DNA of 64,000 bases from positions 96,001 to 160,000 of the IMG/VR virus record IMGVR_UViG_3300025133_000027. One strand, 5' to 3'. The position numbers and the translations under genes were made by a program. Below, piece by piece: positions 39,493 to 47,984 of this stretch. Numbering within the stretch: the stretch's first letter is position 1; each line of letters opens with the position of its first letter. This DNA is from a virus. Under the pieces are notes generated by a model. That model saw only the letters and a program-made list of their open reading frames with translations, made no database searches and had not been told where the DNA came from.

Positions 39493-40632
39493 ATGATATC
39501 AAAAGCAAACAATAAATCCGGGCCTAAAGAGTTCTATAAAAATAGAGTTAAGTTTGAAGAGTCTGTTGATAAGACACAGCAAATAGATTTATGGAAAGAA
39601 ATCCCGCTATATGGAAAAATAAATACTATTGGGACATCTGTTGTGGTAAGGGAAAATAAATTATCTTTATTCTCGGCAGATAGTCAAAATGTTCATGGAT
39701 TACTAGATTTTGCAGCAGATGCTTTTTTAGCTTTGAAGGCTGAGTATGATTCTTTTTCTAATCGAGGTCTTTTAAATCAAAATTCATTATTTGGAGTAAA
39801 ACTCATCCCAAAATTAGGATGGGTTAGCGCTAAAACAAGATATTCAAGTTACATAACAGAATACTACAATATAATGATGCAGAAATATCTGGCAAAGAAC
39901 GCTTTTAGTGACAACCTTGTAGACTATCCCTCTTTCGTTTCAGGGGTTGAATCTTATATCTTAGATAACAATAACCCTTTTACTAGGCATGGATTTCACG
40001 AATCTAACTTTAATCATAGCCTTACATCTGGCTTGTCAATTGAGTTCGAAACGGTAGCAGATGTAACAGATGCTATTAGGGAAGAATGGTTCACTGATCC
40101 AAACTTTAATTTCTTTAAGAATCTTTGTGTAAGACATGGGTTCAAAGTTAACAGAGGCTTGCCTTGGAGAATCACTTTTGATATAAGGTCAAAACTATCT
40201 ACTCCTTATATTGTTTCGAGGAACAAAAATATACCACAGGAGTTTACCTCAGCGATAGAGTATGTATTTAAGACTTATTACCAAGATTTATTAACCAGTG
40301 ACATTTTTAAAGAATTCAAATTCTTGCTAGGAAGAACGTATGATATATTCAGATATCAATTCCCTCTGTATGGTGAGAATAAGAAAAGAATCAATAATCA
40401 AGATGTGTTTACAGACCTTGACTACTTTGAACTTTATGGTAGAATAAGAAACCAAGAAAGAAAAGAAGAAATTAGTAAGAAAGAAATAAGTTCTATATAT
40501 AAAAACTCTAAACTAGAAAGTAAAGATTATATAGCTAAGAAAGTTCTAGAATATATAGAGCTAAAAACAGGCACAATTGGATACAGACGGAAGACAGCGA
40601 ATTTGATCAACTTGCAGAGAAAGTTGATCTAG
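39493..40632 (+). CDS. Hypothetical protein at the end of the tail module
   Basis: 379 aa ORF. Confidence 0.6.
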   Translation: MISKANNKSGPKEFYKNRVKFEESVDKTQQIDLWKEIPLYGKINTIGTSVVVRENKLSLFSADSQNVHGLLDFAADAFLALKAEYDSFSNRGLLNQNSLFGVKLIPKLGWVSAKTRYSSYITEYYNIMMQKYLAKNAFSDNLVDYPSFVSGVESYILDNNNPFTRHGFHESNFNHSLTSGLSIEFETVADVTDAIREEWFTDPNFNFFKNLCVRHGFKVNRGLPWRITFDIRSKLSTPYIVSRNKNIPQEFTSAIEYVFKTYYQDLLTSDIFKEFKFLLGRTYDIFRYQFPLYGENKKRINNQDVFTDLDYFELYGRIRNQERKEEISKKEISSIYKNSKLESKDYIAKKVLEYIELKTGTIGYRRKTANLINLQRKLI

Positions 40633-40640
40633 GATAGACT
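40612..40640 (+). promoter_or_regulatory. Sigma70-type promoter opening the replication module
   Basis: TTGCAG-17 nt-TAGACT upstream of the GAGGTG SD. Confidence 0.45.
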
Positions 40641-40663
40641 TATTCTCACAAATAGAGGTGAAA

Positions 40664-41836
40664 ATGAGCTTTCAAGTTTTAGAAACAAGTAAAAAATGTG
40701 CAACGATATATAAAGATGATAAATTACATACAAGAATCTTTCCAAAAAACCTAGATGCTACTTGGTCTCCACACTGTGAGATGCCATTAGACGTGTTATA
40801 TGCAAAACACTATGTGGCAGGGCTCTCAATCGAAGAAGTCACGCCAGAGAACCTCCTAGGCCCCTTGAAGAAGGCATCTGATAAGATGCAGGCCTGTGCG
40901 AAAGCATTGGTAAGCTCAAAAGTAAACTTAACAGATAATTGTCTTCATGAAGTCATACCTTTTAGAATTTTAAAAGAGTTTTATGACCTTAAAAATCAAG
41001 TTGTCGATCATGTTATTGAGTCAAGGGAGCAACCAAAGAATTATCAATTCCTGGTAGACTTAGATCTCTTACTGCAAGAAATGGCTAAACAAGAGTTAAA
41101 TCTTAAAAGAGTTCGAACTCTTATGTTGCCAACTAGATCAGACAAGATCAAAGCAACAAAGCTCGTTAAGGGACCCAACAAGGTCTTGTATAAAATGAAT
41201 GCTTCGAAAACTGGGAGGCTTACTTTACATGAAGAAAGTTTCCCTATTCTTAATTTAAAGAAGAATCTCAGAACTGTAATATATCCAAAAAATGATTTAT
41301 TTCTAGAATTGGATTTTAATGCTAGTGAAGTAAGAACTCTTTTGGCTTTATCCGGTATTGAACAGCCAGGAATAGATATTCATGAGTGGAATATTCTGAA
41401 TATTTTCAAAGGAAATACAGATAGGGCCGAAGCAAAGAGTAAGTTCTTCTTCTGGTTATTTAATCCAGAAGCAGTAAATCTTGCCATAGAGAAATTCTAT
41501 AGTAAGAAGATAGTTGACAATTACTACCAAGATGGTATGATAGTGACACCTTTCCACAGAAAGATTCCGTCAGATGATTTTCACGCACTAAATTACTTAG
41601 TGCAGAGCACTGCATCTGATAACTTTTTAACACAAGCTCTAAAATTACATAAGTATCTAAATAAGAAACGCTCGTTCGTGTCATTGTTGATGCACGATGC
41701 TATCCTAATAGACTTATCGTATGAAGAGATATCGGATCTTGAGGAAATTGTGGATATATTCTCTAAAACTACTCTTGGTAAGTTTAAGATAAACAAGTCC
41801 ATTGGTAAGAATTACGGAGAAATGAAAGCAGTATGA
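40664..41836 (+). CDS. Truncated family A DNA polymerase (polymerase domain only)
   Basis: SKTGRLT; motif A LDFNASEVR; motif B RAEAKSKFF; NYLVQSTASD; motif C LMHDAILID. ATG 40664 follows an SD. Confidence 0.8.
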   Translation: MSFQVLETSKKCATIYKDDKLHTRIFPKNLDATWSPHCEMPLDVLYAKHYVAGLSIEEVTPENLLGPLKKASDKMQACAKALVSSKVNLTDNCLHEVIPFRILKEFYDLKNQVVDHVIESREQPKNYQFLVDLDLLLQEMAKQELNLKRVRTLMLPTRSDKIKATKLVKGPNKVLYKMNASKTGRLTLHEESFPILNLKKNLRTVIYPKNDLFLELDFNASEVRTLLALSGIEQPGIDIHEWNILNIFKGNTDRAEAKSKFFFWLFNPEAVNLAIEKFYSKKIVDNYYQDGMIVTPFHRKIPSDDFHALNYLVQSTASDNFLTQALKLHKYLNKKRSFVSLLMHDAILIDLSYEEISDLEEIVDIFSKTTLGKFKINKSIGKNYGEMKAV

Positions 41837-42633
41837 AAACAATAATAGGATTAGGAAAAGCAGGTTGTTCAACAGCAAGGCTCTTCAAAGGCAACATGTA
41901 TGATGTACAAACGATAGATACATCAAATGCAGATGTTCTTATTGAAGAAGTCGACACAATTGAGGCCTATGAAAAAGCAGCAGCCTCGATGAGCTCATTA
42001 ACGACAGAGGATGAAGTCTATTTTATTCTAGCAGGTGGGGGAAAGATTGCTGGAGCTTCTTTATCAATATTGGAAAAGATTAAAGATAAGAAAATTACAG
42101 TAGTGTATATAAAACCTGATATCGGGCTGTTAAATGACCACGAAAAACTCAGCGAAAGGCTCATTTACAAGGTCTTGCAGGAATTCGTTAGATCAGGTAT
42201 GATTCATGGGTTGGTTCTGGCAAGTAATTCGCACATAGAGAAGCAATTAGGCGGAATAGGATTTAATGATTATTATCATCTTATAAACGAAAGAATAGCA
42301 AAAACTCTACAGATGTGTGATTATTTGTCACAAGCAAAATCTATAATTGGAGAATTGAGAGAACCTTCTGATTATAGCAGGATTGGAACAATAGGTGTCC
42401 GTGAAGGTGGAAAAGATTACCTTCTTTTCCCTATTGACTTAATCCGAGAGAAACGGTATCTTTATGCCATACCAGAAGAGAAACTTGCAACACACAAGAC
42501 TCTTCTGTCAGAAATTAAAGAGGTATTAGAAGTTGGCAAAGAGGCCATCAAGATATCATATAAGGTCGTGTCCACCACATATAAGGACACACAAGTTTTT
42601 GTTCAATGTTATTCAAACAAGGTTCAAGATTAA
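41833..42633 (+). CDS. Divergent tubulin/FtsZ-like GTPase-domain protein
   Basis: T1 loop IIGLGKAGCS; degenerate signature LAGGGKIAG; VYIKP; LVLASN; YHLINE. Confidence 0.65.
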   Translation: MKTIIGLGKAGCSTARLFKGNMYDVQTIDTSNADVLIEEVDTIEAYEKAAASMSSLTTEDEVYFILAGGGKIAGASLSILEKIKDKKITVVYIKPDIGLLNDHEKLSERLIYKVLQEFVRSGMIHGLVLASNSHIEKQLGGIGFNDYYHLINERIAKTLQMCDYLSQAKSIIGELREPSDYSRIGTIGVREGGKDYLLFPIDLIREKRYLYAIPEEKLATHKTLLSEIKEVLEVGKEAIKISYKVVSTTYKDTQVFVQCYSNKVQD

Positions 42634-42659
42634 ACAAAAACACCCAAAACAAGTATAAT
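42631..42659 (+). promoter_or_regulatory. Sigma70-type promoter for ssb
   Basis: TAAACA-17 nt-TATAAT. Confidence 0.45.
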
Positions 42660-42718
42660 ACTAATCGCGGAGAGGGAATATTTGCTCTCTCTATAATTTT
42701 AAAAAGGAAAAAAATAAT

Positions 42719-43438
42719 ATGGCTTTAGACTTACGAAAAATGAAATCAAAACAACAGAATCTCAACGGCGGAGGGTTTCAATGGAAGCCTCAAGACGGTG
42801 AGAATCTGATTCGCATCGTGCCGGTGCCAGACGGAGACCCCTTCAAGGAAGTCCATCTGCACTATAACATTGAAAGAGGTGGTGTCCTCTGCCCAAAGAG
42901 AAACTTTGGTGAAGAGTGCCCTGCTTGTGACTATGCTTCATCACTATTTAACAGTGGCGATGAGGAGAGCCGAAAGGCAGCAAAAGATATCGTGGCAAAA
43001 AAGAGATTCTACTCTCCTGTCATTGATAGAAACGATGCAAACGGAGGTGTCCGTTGGTATGCATATAGCAAGACAGTATATGAAAAAATGTTGAGCTTGG
43101 TTCTAAACCCTGATTATGGAGATATTACTGACCCTGAATCAGGAACTGACCTAAATATTACATACTCAAAGGGTGGAAAGGGTACGTTCCCATCAACTGA
43201 CGTGCAGCCGAAGCGAAAATCGTCTATTCTCTCGAAAGACGAGGCTCTATTGACTGAAATTGCTGAAAAAGATTATGATATCTTTAACAACTTCAAGCGA
43301 AAGAGCCCTGAAGAGATCAAGGAATTGCTAGATGTTTACCTACTAGGCGATGATAACGCCGAAGAAGGAGGTGATGTATCACCGGCAAATGAAAAATCGT
43401 TGGTAGACGAAGTTTACCAGAAGCTTAGAAAAAGCTAA
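42719..43438 (+). CDS. Single-stranded DNA-binding protein (gp32-like)
   Basis: IRIVP; His/Cys zinc ligands (HY...CPK...CPAC); GDITDPESGTDL; acidic tail; next to RecA. Confidence 0.8.
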   Translation: MALDLRKMKSKQQNLNGGGFQWKPQDGENLIRIVPVPDGDPFKEVHLHYNIERGGVLCPKRNFGEECPACDYASSLFNSGDEESRKAAKDIVAKKRFYSPVIDRNDANGGVRWYAYSKTVYEKMLSLVLNPDYGDITDPESGTDLNITYSKGGKGTFPSTDVQPKRKSSILSKDEALLTEIAEKDYDIFNNFKRKSPEEIKELLDVYLLGDDNAEEGGDVSPANEKSLVDEVYQKLRKS

Positions 43439-43453
43439 GGGTCTAGCATAGTG

Positions 43454-43496
43454 AGTTCCAAGCTATGTTGAAATATATGTAGCTTGGAACTTTTTT
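43454..43496 (+). terminator. Intrinsic terminator between ssb and recA
   Basis: AGTTCCAAGCTA...TAGCTTGGAACT 12-bp stem followed by a T run. Confidence 0.8.
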
Positions 43497-43513
43497 ACAA
43501 TAACGGAGTAGTG

Positions 43514-44641
43514 ATGGCAAGGGCTAAGAAAAAGAAAGAAGTAGTAAGAGGCAAGATAAGCACTGAACAACTAAGAGGCCTTCTTAATAAGAAGGCTGGT
43601 GAAACAATTGCTTATGACTTGGGAGCTAATAACCCTACTGATGTAGTGGATTGGATTCCTACAGGCGCGAGATGGTTAGACTCCATTATTTGCAAAGGCA
43701 AGTTGGCAGGTATTCCTGTTGGCAAAGTTTCTGAAATCGCAGGACTAACTGCGACAGGAAAGAGCTATATGGCTGCGCAGATTGCGGCTAATGCCCAGAA
43801 GAAAGGAATCGTCCCTGTTTACTTCGACTCAGAGTCAGCACTAGACTCTGACTTCTTAATTAATGCCGGATGTAACTTGGAAGAGTTGATTTACATCCAG
43901 GCAAGGTCTGTAGAATTCGTTCTAGAGACAATTGAGGATATTATGGCAGCTTCTGAGACGAGGCACTTATTTATCCTTGATTCCCTTGCCTTCACTCCTG
44001 CTGAGTCAGACATTGCTGGTGATTATAATCCGCAATCTTCGATGGCAGTGAAGCCGCGAGTTATGGCCAAGGGTTTATCGAAATTGATAATTCCCTTGGC
44101 CAACACTCAGTCAACATTTTTGATTCTAAATCAACTTAAAACAAACATCTCGTCAAATCTCTTTGATATGAAGATGAATCCATATTTTACTCCTGGTGGT
44201 AAAGCAACCGCCTACTCTTACTCATTAAGAATCTGGCTAACTGGGAAACAAACGAAAGACTCAGCTATCTATGATGATAAGGGATATAAAGTCGGATCTG
44301 AGATTAAAGCTCGGCTAAAGAAGTCGAGATTTGGAACTGAAAACAGGACCTGTGAGTTCAAGATCTTATGGGGCGCTGACTCGGTTGCTATCCAAGATGA
44401 AGAGTCCTGGCTTGAGGCAATAAGGCCTTCGGATCAGATTAAAACAGGAGCCTGGAACACTCTCTTCTATCAAGACGGCACTGAAAAGAAGTTCCAAAGA
44501 GCTACTTGGCTTAAAGAATTAGAAGACCCTCTATTCAGAGCCGAAGTGTTAAGAATCATGGATGAAGAAGTCATCCAGAAGTTTGAGTCAAGAGAAGGAA
44601 ATGCTTCCGACTATTATGACTCACAAGATTCAGAGGAATAA
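43514..44641 (+). CDS. recA: RecA/UvsX recombinase
   Basis: WIPTG..LD, GIPVGK..EIAG..ATGKS, YFDSE, ILDS, LNQL and TPGGKA motifs. Start set at the ATG after GGAG. Confidence 0.92.
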   Translation: MARAKKKKEVVRGKISTEQLRGLLNKKAGETIAYDLGANNPTDVVDWIPTGARWLDSIICKGKLAGIPVGKVSEIAGLTATGKSYMAAQIAANAQKKGIVPVYFDSESALDSDFLINAGCNLEELIYIQARSVEFVLETIEDIMAASETRHLFILDSLAFTPAESDIAGDYNPQSSMAVKPRVMAKGLSKLIIPLANTQSTFLILNQLKTNISSNLFDMKMNPYFTPGGKATAYSYSLRIWLTGKQTKDSAIYDDKGYKVGSEIKARLKKSRFGTENRTCEFKILWGADSVAIQDEESWLEAIRPSDQIKTGAWNTLFYQDGTEKKFQRATWLKELEDPLFRAEVLRIMDEEVIQKFESREGNASDYYDSQDSEE

Positions 44642-44643
44642 CA

Positions 44644-44742
44644 GTGAATTACTATAAGGTAACTCTGGTTTATGACGGAAAAGAGTTCCATGGTGGGCGA
44701 CTCTTGGAAGAACTTAAGAGAATGGCAGAAGGCAATGAATAA
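44644..44742 (+). CDS. Possible 32-aa peptide (GTG start)
   Basis: GAGGA SD; its stop overlaps ATG 44735 of the next ORF. Confidence 0.35.
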   Translation: MNYYKVTLVYDGKEFHGGRLLEELKRMAEGNE

Positions 44743-45013
44743 TTTAAAGAACCAAGGTCCTTTGAAAAAAGTTGGCGATACTCTTGGGCACTTCATAGGC
44801 GAAAATTATGTAACCATAGAAGGAAAACGTTACCCACTCTTTAAGGATGCACGACCACACCAGTTTAGCTCAATAGCATTCCCGATAATAACAAGAGCAT
44901 TTCCACCACAACTGAGAAACAGCCTTGTTTCAGTTCAACCAATGAGTGTTCCATCTGAACAGATTTTTAAAATGGATTTCAAATACACAAACAAGGAAGA
45001 AGACGATGAGTGA
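44672..45013 (+). CDS. Mini-protein carrying a fragment of the major capsid protein (start may be 44735)
   Basis: FSSIAFPIITRAFPPQLRNSLVSVQPMSVPSEQIFKMDFKY is 24/41 identical to MCP residues 72-112. Confidence 0.75.
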   Translation: MTEKSSMVGDSWKNLREWQKAMNNLKNQGPLKKVGDTLGHFIGENYVTIEGKRYPLFKDARPHQFSSIAFPIITRAFPPQLRNSLVSVQPMSVPSEQIFKMDFKYTNKEEDDE

Positions 45014-45260
45014 ACGAGATTTTGTATACTGGCTTCAAGGATATCTTGAAGTTAGTAATGCTAATGAATTAGATGAGTCACAGCTACAAATAGTTAAGGA
45101 TCACCTAGCCTTGGTCTTAAAAAAAGTAACACCAGAATATGATGGGAATAGGTTCGTAAACAACCTCGCTAGACTAAGAGGGGAAAGAGATGCGAAGCTT
45201 TGTAGCAACGCAGAACTAGAGGAAATAGGTAATGCTCTTCCAGCTCAATTAACATGCTAA
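45006..45260 (+). CDS. Small phage hypothetical protein
   Basis: MSERDFVYWLQGYLE start (ATG 45006) overlapping the previous stop. Confidence 0.6.
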   Translation: MSERDFVYWLQGYLEVSNANELDESQLQIVKDHLALVLKKVTPEYDGNRFVNNLARLRGERDAKLCSNAELEEIGNALPAQLTC

Positions 45261-45269
45261 AGGAACCGA

Positions 45270-46232
45270 ATGAACCAACCAAATAGAATATTAATAATTG
45301 ATGCATTAAACATGTATCTAAGAAGCTTCATTATCAATCCCACACTGACACCATCTGGCGACCCTGCCGGTGGTGTTGTTGGTTTTATGAAGAGTTTACA
45401 AAAAACAATTAGGGAGATGCAACCAGATCAGGTGTATATTTGCTGGGATGGTCAGAGAGGCACCAATAACCGAAAGAACTTGAATAAAGACTATAAAGAA
45501 GGGCGTAAGCCCATTCGATTCAATCGAAGATTTGCAGAACTCAACGAAGAACAAGAGCTCCAAAATAAAATCTGGCAACAGCAGAGACTTATTGAGTATC
45601 TTAATGAAATGCCAGTTGCACAGTTGCTATTTGATGAAGCGGAGGCTGATGATGTTATCTCAGCCATCGTAGCAGATACTCCTGGCGTTGAAAAAGTGAT
45701 TATTTCCATGGATAAAGACTTTTATCAACTCTTAGACAAAGAAACTATCATTTATAGCCCAGTTCAAAAGAAGTTTGTGTCGGAAGTTTCTCTTTTGGAA
45801 GAAGAAAACATACACCCAGCCAATTTTGCACTAGCAAAAGCAATTGTTGGAGACAAATCTGACAATATTCTTGGTGTTCAAGGTGTTGGAATGAAGACTC
45901 TAACCAAAAGATTCCCAATGCTAGCGGATCCTAACGCCCATACCATCTCGGAATTGCTAATGAAAGCAAAAACAGTCGAGAAACCTTTAAAAATACACAC
46001 GAATATTATTGAAAGTGAAGATCGAATACGAGAAAACTATAAAGTCGTGCAGTTGCATATCCCTTCCATTTCCCCAACAAGTAGGGGTACTATTAGGGGG
46101 GTACTAGGTGCGTATCCATACATGTTAAACAGGACCGAGATTACGAAAATGATGATTCAAGACGGGTTTACCGATCTTAACTGGAATCCATTATTCGCAA
46201 ATCTACAAAGAATAAGCTTAAATAACAAATAG
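45270..46232 (+). CDS. 5'-3' exonuclease/flap endonuclease (T4 RNase H / PolI N-domain-like)
   Basis: IIDALN, CWDG, YKEGR, EADDVI, SMDKDFYQL and GDKSDNILGVQGVG motifs. Confidence 0.92.
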   Translation: MNQPNRILIIDALNMYLRSFIINPTLTPSGDPAGGVVGFMKSLQKTIREMQPDQVYICWDGQRGTNNRKNLNKDYKEGRKPIRFNRRFAELNEEQELQNKIWQQQRLIEYLNEMPVAQLLFDEAEADDVISAIVADTPGVEKVIISMDKDFYQLLDKETIIYSPVQKKFVSEVSLLEEENIHPANFALAKAIVGDKSDNILGVQGVGMKTLTKRFPMLADPNAHTISELLMKAKTVEKPLKIHTNIIESEDRIRENYKVVQLHIPSISPTSRGTIRGVLGAYPYMLNRTEITKMMIQDGFTDLNWNPLFANLQRISLNNK

Positions 46233-46505
46233 GAATAATATGATTAAATATATTGATGAGAGCGATAAAGAACACCCAGAAGTTCATTGGGGGGTTTATG
46301 GTGATGTTAAGACTAACGAAATAGTTGTTATCGCTACTCTTGAAGGAAAAAAATACGAGAAACGGGAAAAAAGTCCAATTCTTCATCCTGCCATGATTGA
46401 TCGAATTTTTGGCATAGACATAGCAGACGGAGATGTTGCTGCTAGGTTATCAAATGAAATTTATGATGAAAGTCTTCAGACTCACTTAGAAAATAACAAA
46501 TAGGA
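46220..46505 (+). repeat. 15-bp direct repeat flanking a small gene
   Basis: AAATAACAAATAGGA at 46220-46234 and 46491-46505. Confidence 0.85.
46240..46503 (+). CDS. Small hypothetical protein
   Basis: 87 aa with AGGA SD. Confidence 0.6.
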   Translation: MIKYIDESDKEHPEVHWGVYGDVKTNEIVVIATLEGKKYEKREKSPILHPAMIDRIFGIDIADGDVAARLSNEIYDESLQTHLENNK

Positions 46506-46511
46506 GGCCAT

Positions 46512-47927
46512 ATGAGCCATGAATTCGAGAAAGACTTTTCAAAATTTGGAAAGCTTTTCCAAGAGAAATTGGTTAAAATCATGTTCTATGAAAGACCATT
46601 TTTTAACCAATTTATGGAAGTGTTAAACATTAACTTCCTGGAAGTAAAATATCTACAGAAATTTGTAGAACTAATGTTTGATTATAAAAATGAATACGGA
46701 AGCCACCCAACAGAAGACGCCATGACAATGCTCATGGCTTCGTCATTAGATGGTGAAAATAAAGTCCTAGATACGCAAATAAGGAACTTCTATGCAAGGA
46801 TCCTATCTGCTTCCGGGGAAGAGTCTGACGCGGAATATGTGAAAAACACTGCTTTGGATTTCTGCAAGAAGCAAAAACTAAGAGAAGCTATGATTAAGTC
46901 AGCAGGACTTTTGAAGTCTTCCTCTTTTGATGAGATTGCTTCACTTGTAAATGATGCTTTAAAACTAGGAATGTCTAATGATTTTGGTCATGATTATGTA
47001 GCTGATTTTGAAGAACGATATAAGACAAGTTTTAGAAATCAAATCACAACTGGATGGGAACTTATCGATAAAATCACCAAAGGTGGACACGGAGCAGGTG
47101 AGTTGGGAGTAGTTATTGCACCAACAGGTGCCGGAAAAAGCATGTGTTTGGTGCATTTAGCGACCAAAGCCCTTCTTGAGGGCAAGAATGTAGTGTATTA
47201 TACATTAGAACTTTCTGAGGCTGTTGTTGGAAAGAGATTTGACTCTTGTCTTACTCAGGTTCATCTTGGAGATCTGGAGCTTTTCAAGGAAGATATTAAG
47301 GAACAAGTCCTTGGCAACGCATCTCTTGGTAATCTTATTATTAAGCAATATCCAACAAAAAAGGCGACAACCTCAACAATTAAGAATCACCTTGAAAAAG
47401 TAAGAAGTTCAGGCACAGATATTGAATTCGTATGTGTTGACTATGGCGATCTTTTAAGATCAGTGTCTTCGTATAAAGAAAAAAGACACGAACTTGAAGG
47501 CATTTATGAAGAACTAAGAGGTCTTGCAGTTGAGTTTGCTTGTCCTTTCTGGACTGCTAGCCAGACAAATCGCGGTGCCTTGAATCAAGAGGTAATCACT
47601 ATGGAAGCAATCTCGGAGGCATATAACAAATGTTTCCCTGCTGACTTCATTATCACTATTTCTAGAACGATCGAAGATAAAAATAAAAACGCAGGAAAAA
47701 TGTTTATTGCTAAAAATAGAAATGGGCCAGATGGGCTTATTTTTGAACTATTTATGGATACCTCTAACGTTACTATTGAAGTTTTGGAGCCAGTTGAGAC
47801 AACTATCGAGTCAACTACAACCAAGGCTACTGCCGAGAGAAAGACGGTTTTGGCGGCAAAGTATAAAGAATATCTTGAGAGCAAAAAAGAAAAAGTTGGA
47901 AATCAAAAAGAATCTAACTTTAACTAA
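46512..47927 (+). CDS. Replicative DNA helicase (DnaB/gp41 family)
   Basis: Walker A APTGAGKS; YYTLE; CVDYGD; SQTNR; KNRNG. Confidence 0.92.
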   Translation: MSHEFEKDFSKFGKLFQEKLVKIMFYERPFFNQFMEVLNINFLEVKYLQKFVELMFDYKNEYGSHPTEDAMTMLMASSLDGENKVLDTQIRNFYARILSASGEESDAEYVKNTALDFCKKQKLREAMIKSAGLLKSSSFDEIASLVNDALKLGMSNDFGHDYVADFEERYKTSFRNQITTGWELIDKITKGGHGAGELGVVIAPTGAGKSMCLVHLATKALLEGKNVVYYTLELSEAVVGKRFDSCLTQVHLGDLELFKEDIKEQVLGNASLGNLIIKQYPTKKATTSTIKNHLEKVRSSGTDIEFVCVDYGDLLRSVSSYKEKRHELEGIYEELRGLAVEFACPFWTASQTNRGALNQEVITMEAISEAYNKCFPADFIITISRTIEDKNKNAGKMFIAKNRNGPDGLIFELFMDTSNVTIEVLEPVETTIESTTTKATAERKTVLAAKYKEYLESKKEKVGNQKESNFN

Positions 47928-47930
47928 ACC

Positions 47931-47959
47931 TTGTTATTAAGTCGTAATGGGGGTAAACT
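47931..47959 (+). promoter_or_regulatory. Sigma70-type promoter for the RNR gene
   Basis: TTGTTA-17 nt-TAAACT upstream of AAGGAG SD. Confidence 0.4.
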
Positions 47960-47984
47960 AGTCCATATAGAATAAGGAGTATAA

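Noticed and set aside
41833-42633. Calling this a nucleus-forming (chimallin/PhuZ) jumbo phage
   Set aside because: Head and tail genes are T4-like, and no chimallin or multisubunit RNAP is recognisable here. A tubulin-like gene alone is insufficient.
44672-45013. Capsid fragment as an assembly artefact or a gp24-like vertex protein
   Set aside because: It is diverged from the MCP at many positions, so it is not a duplicated read, and it is far too short to form an HK97 fold.
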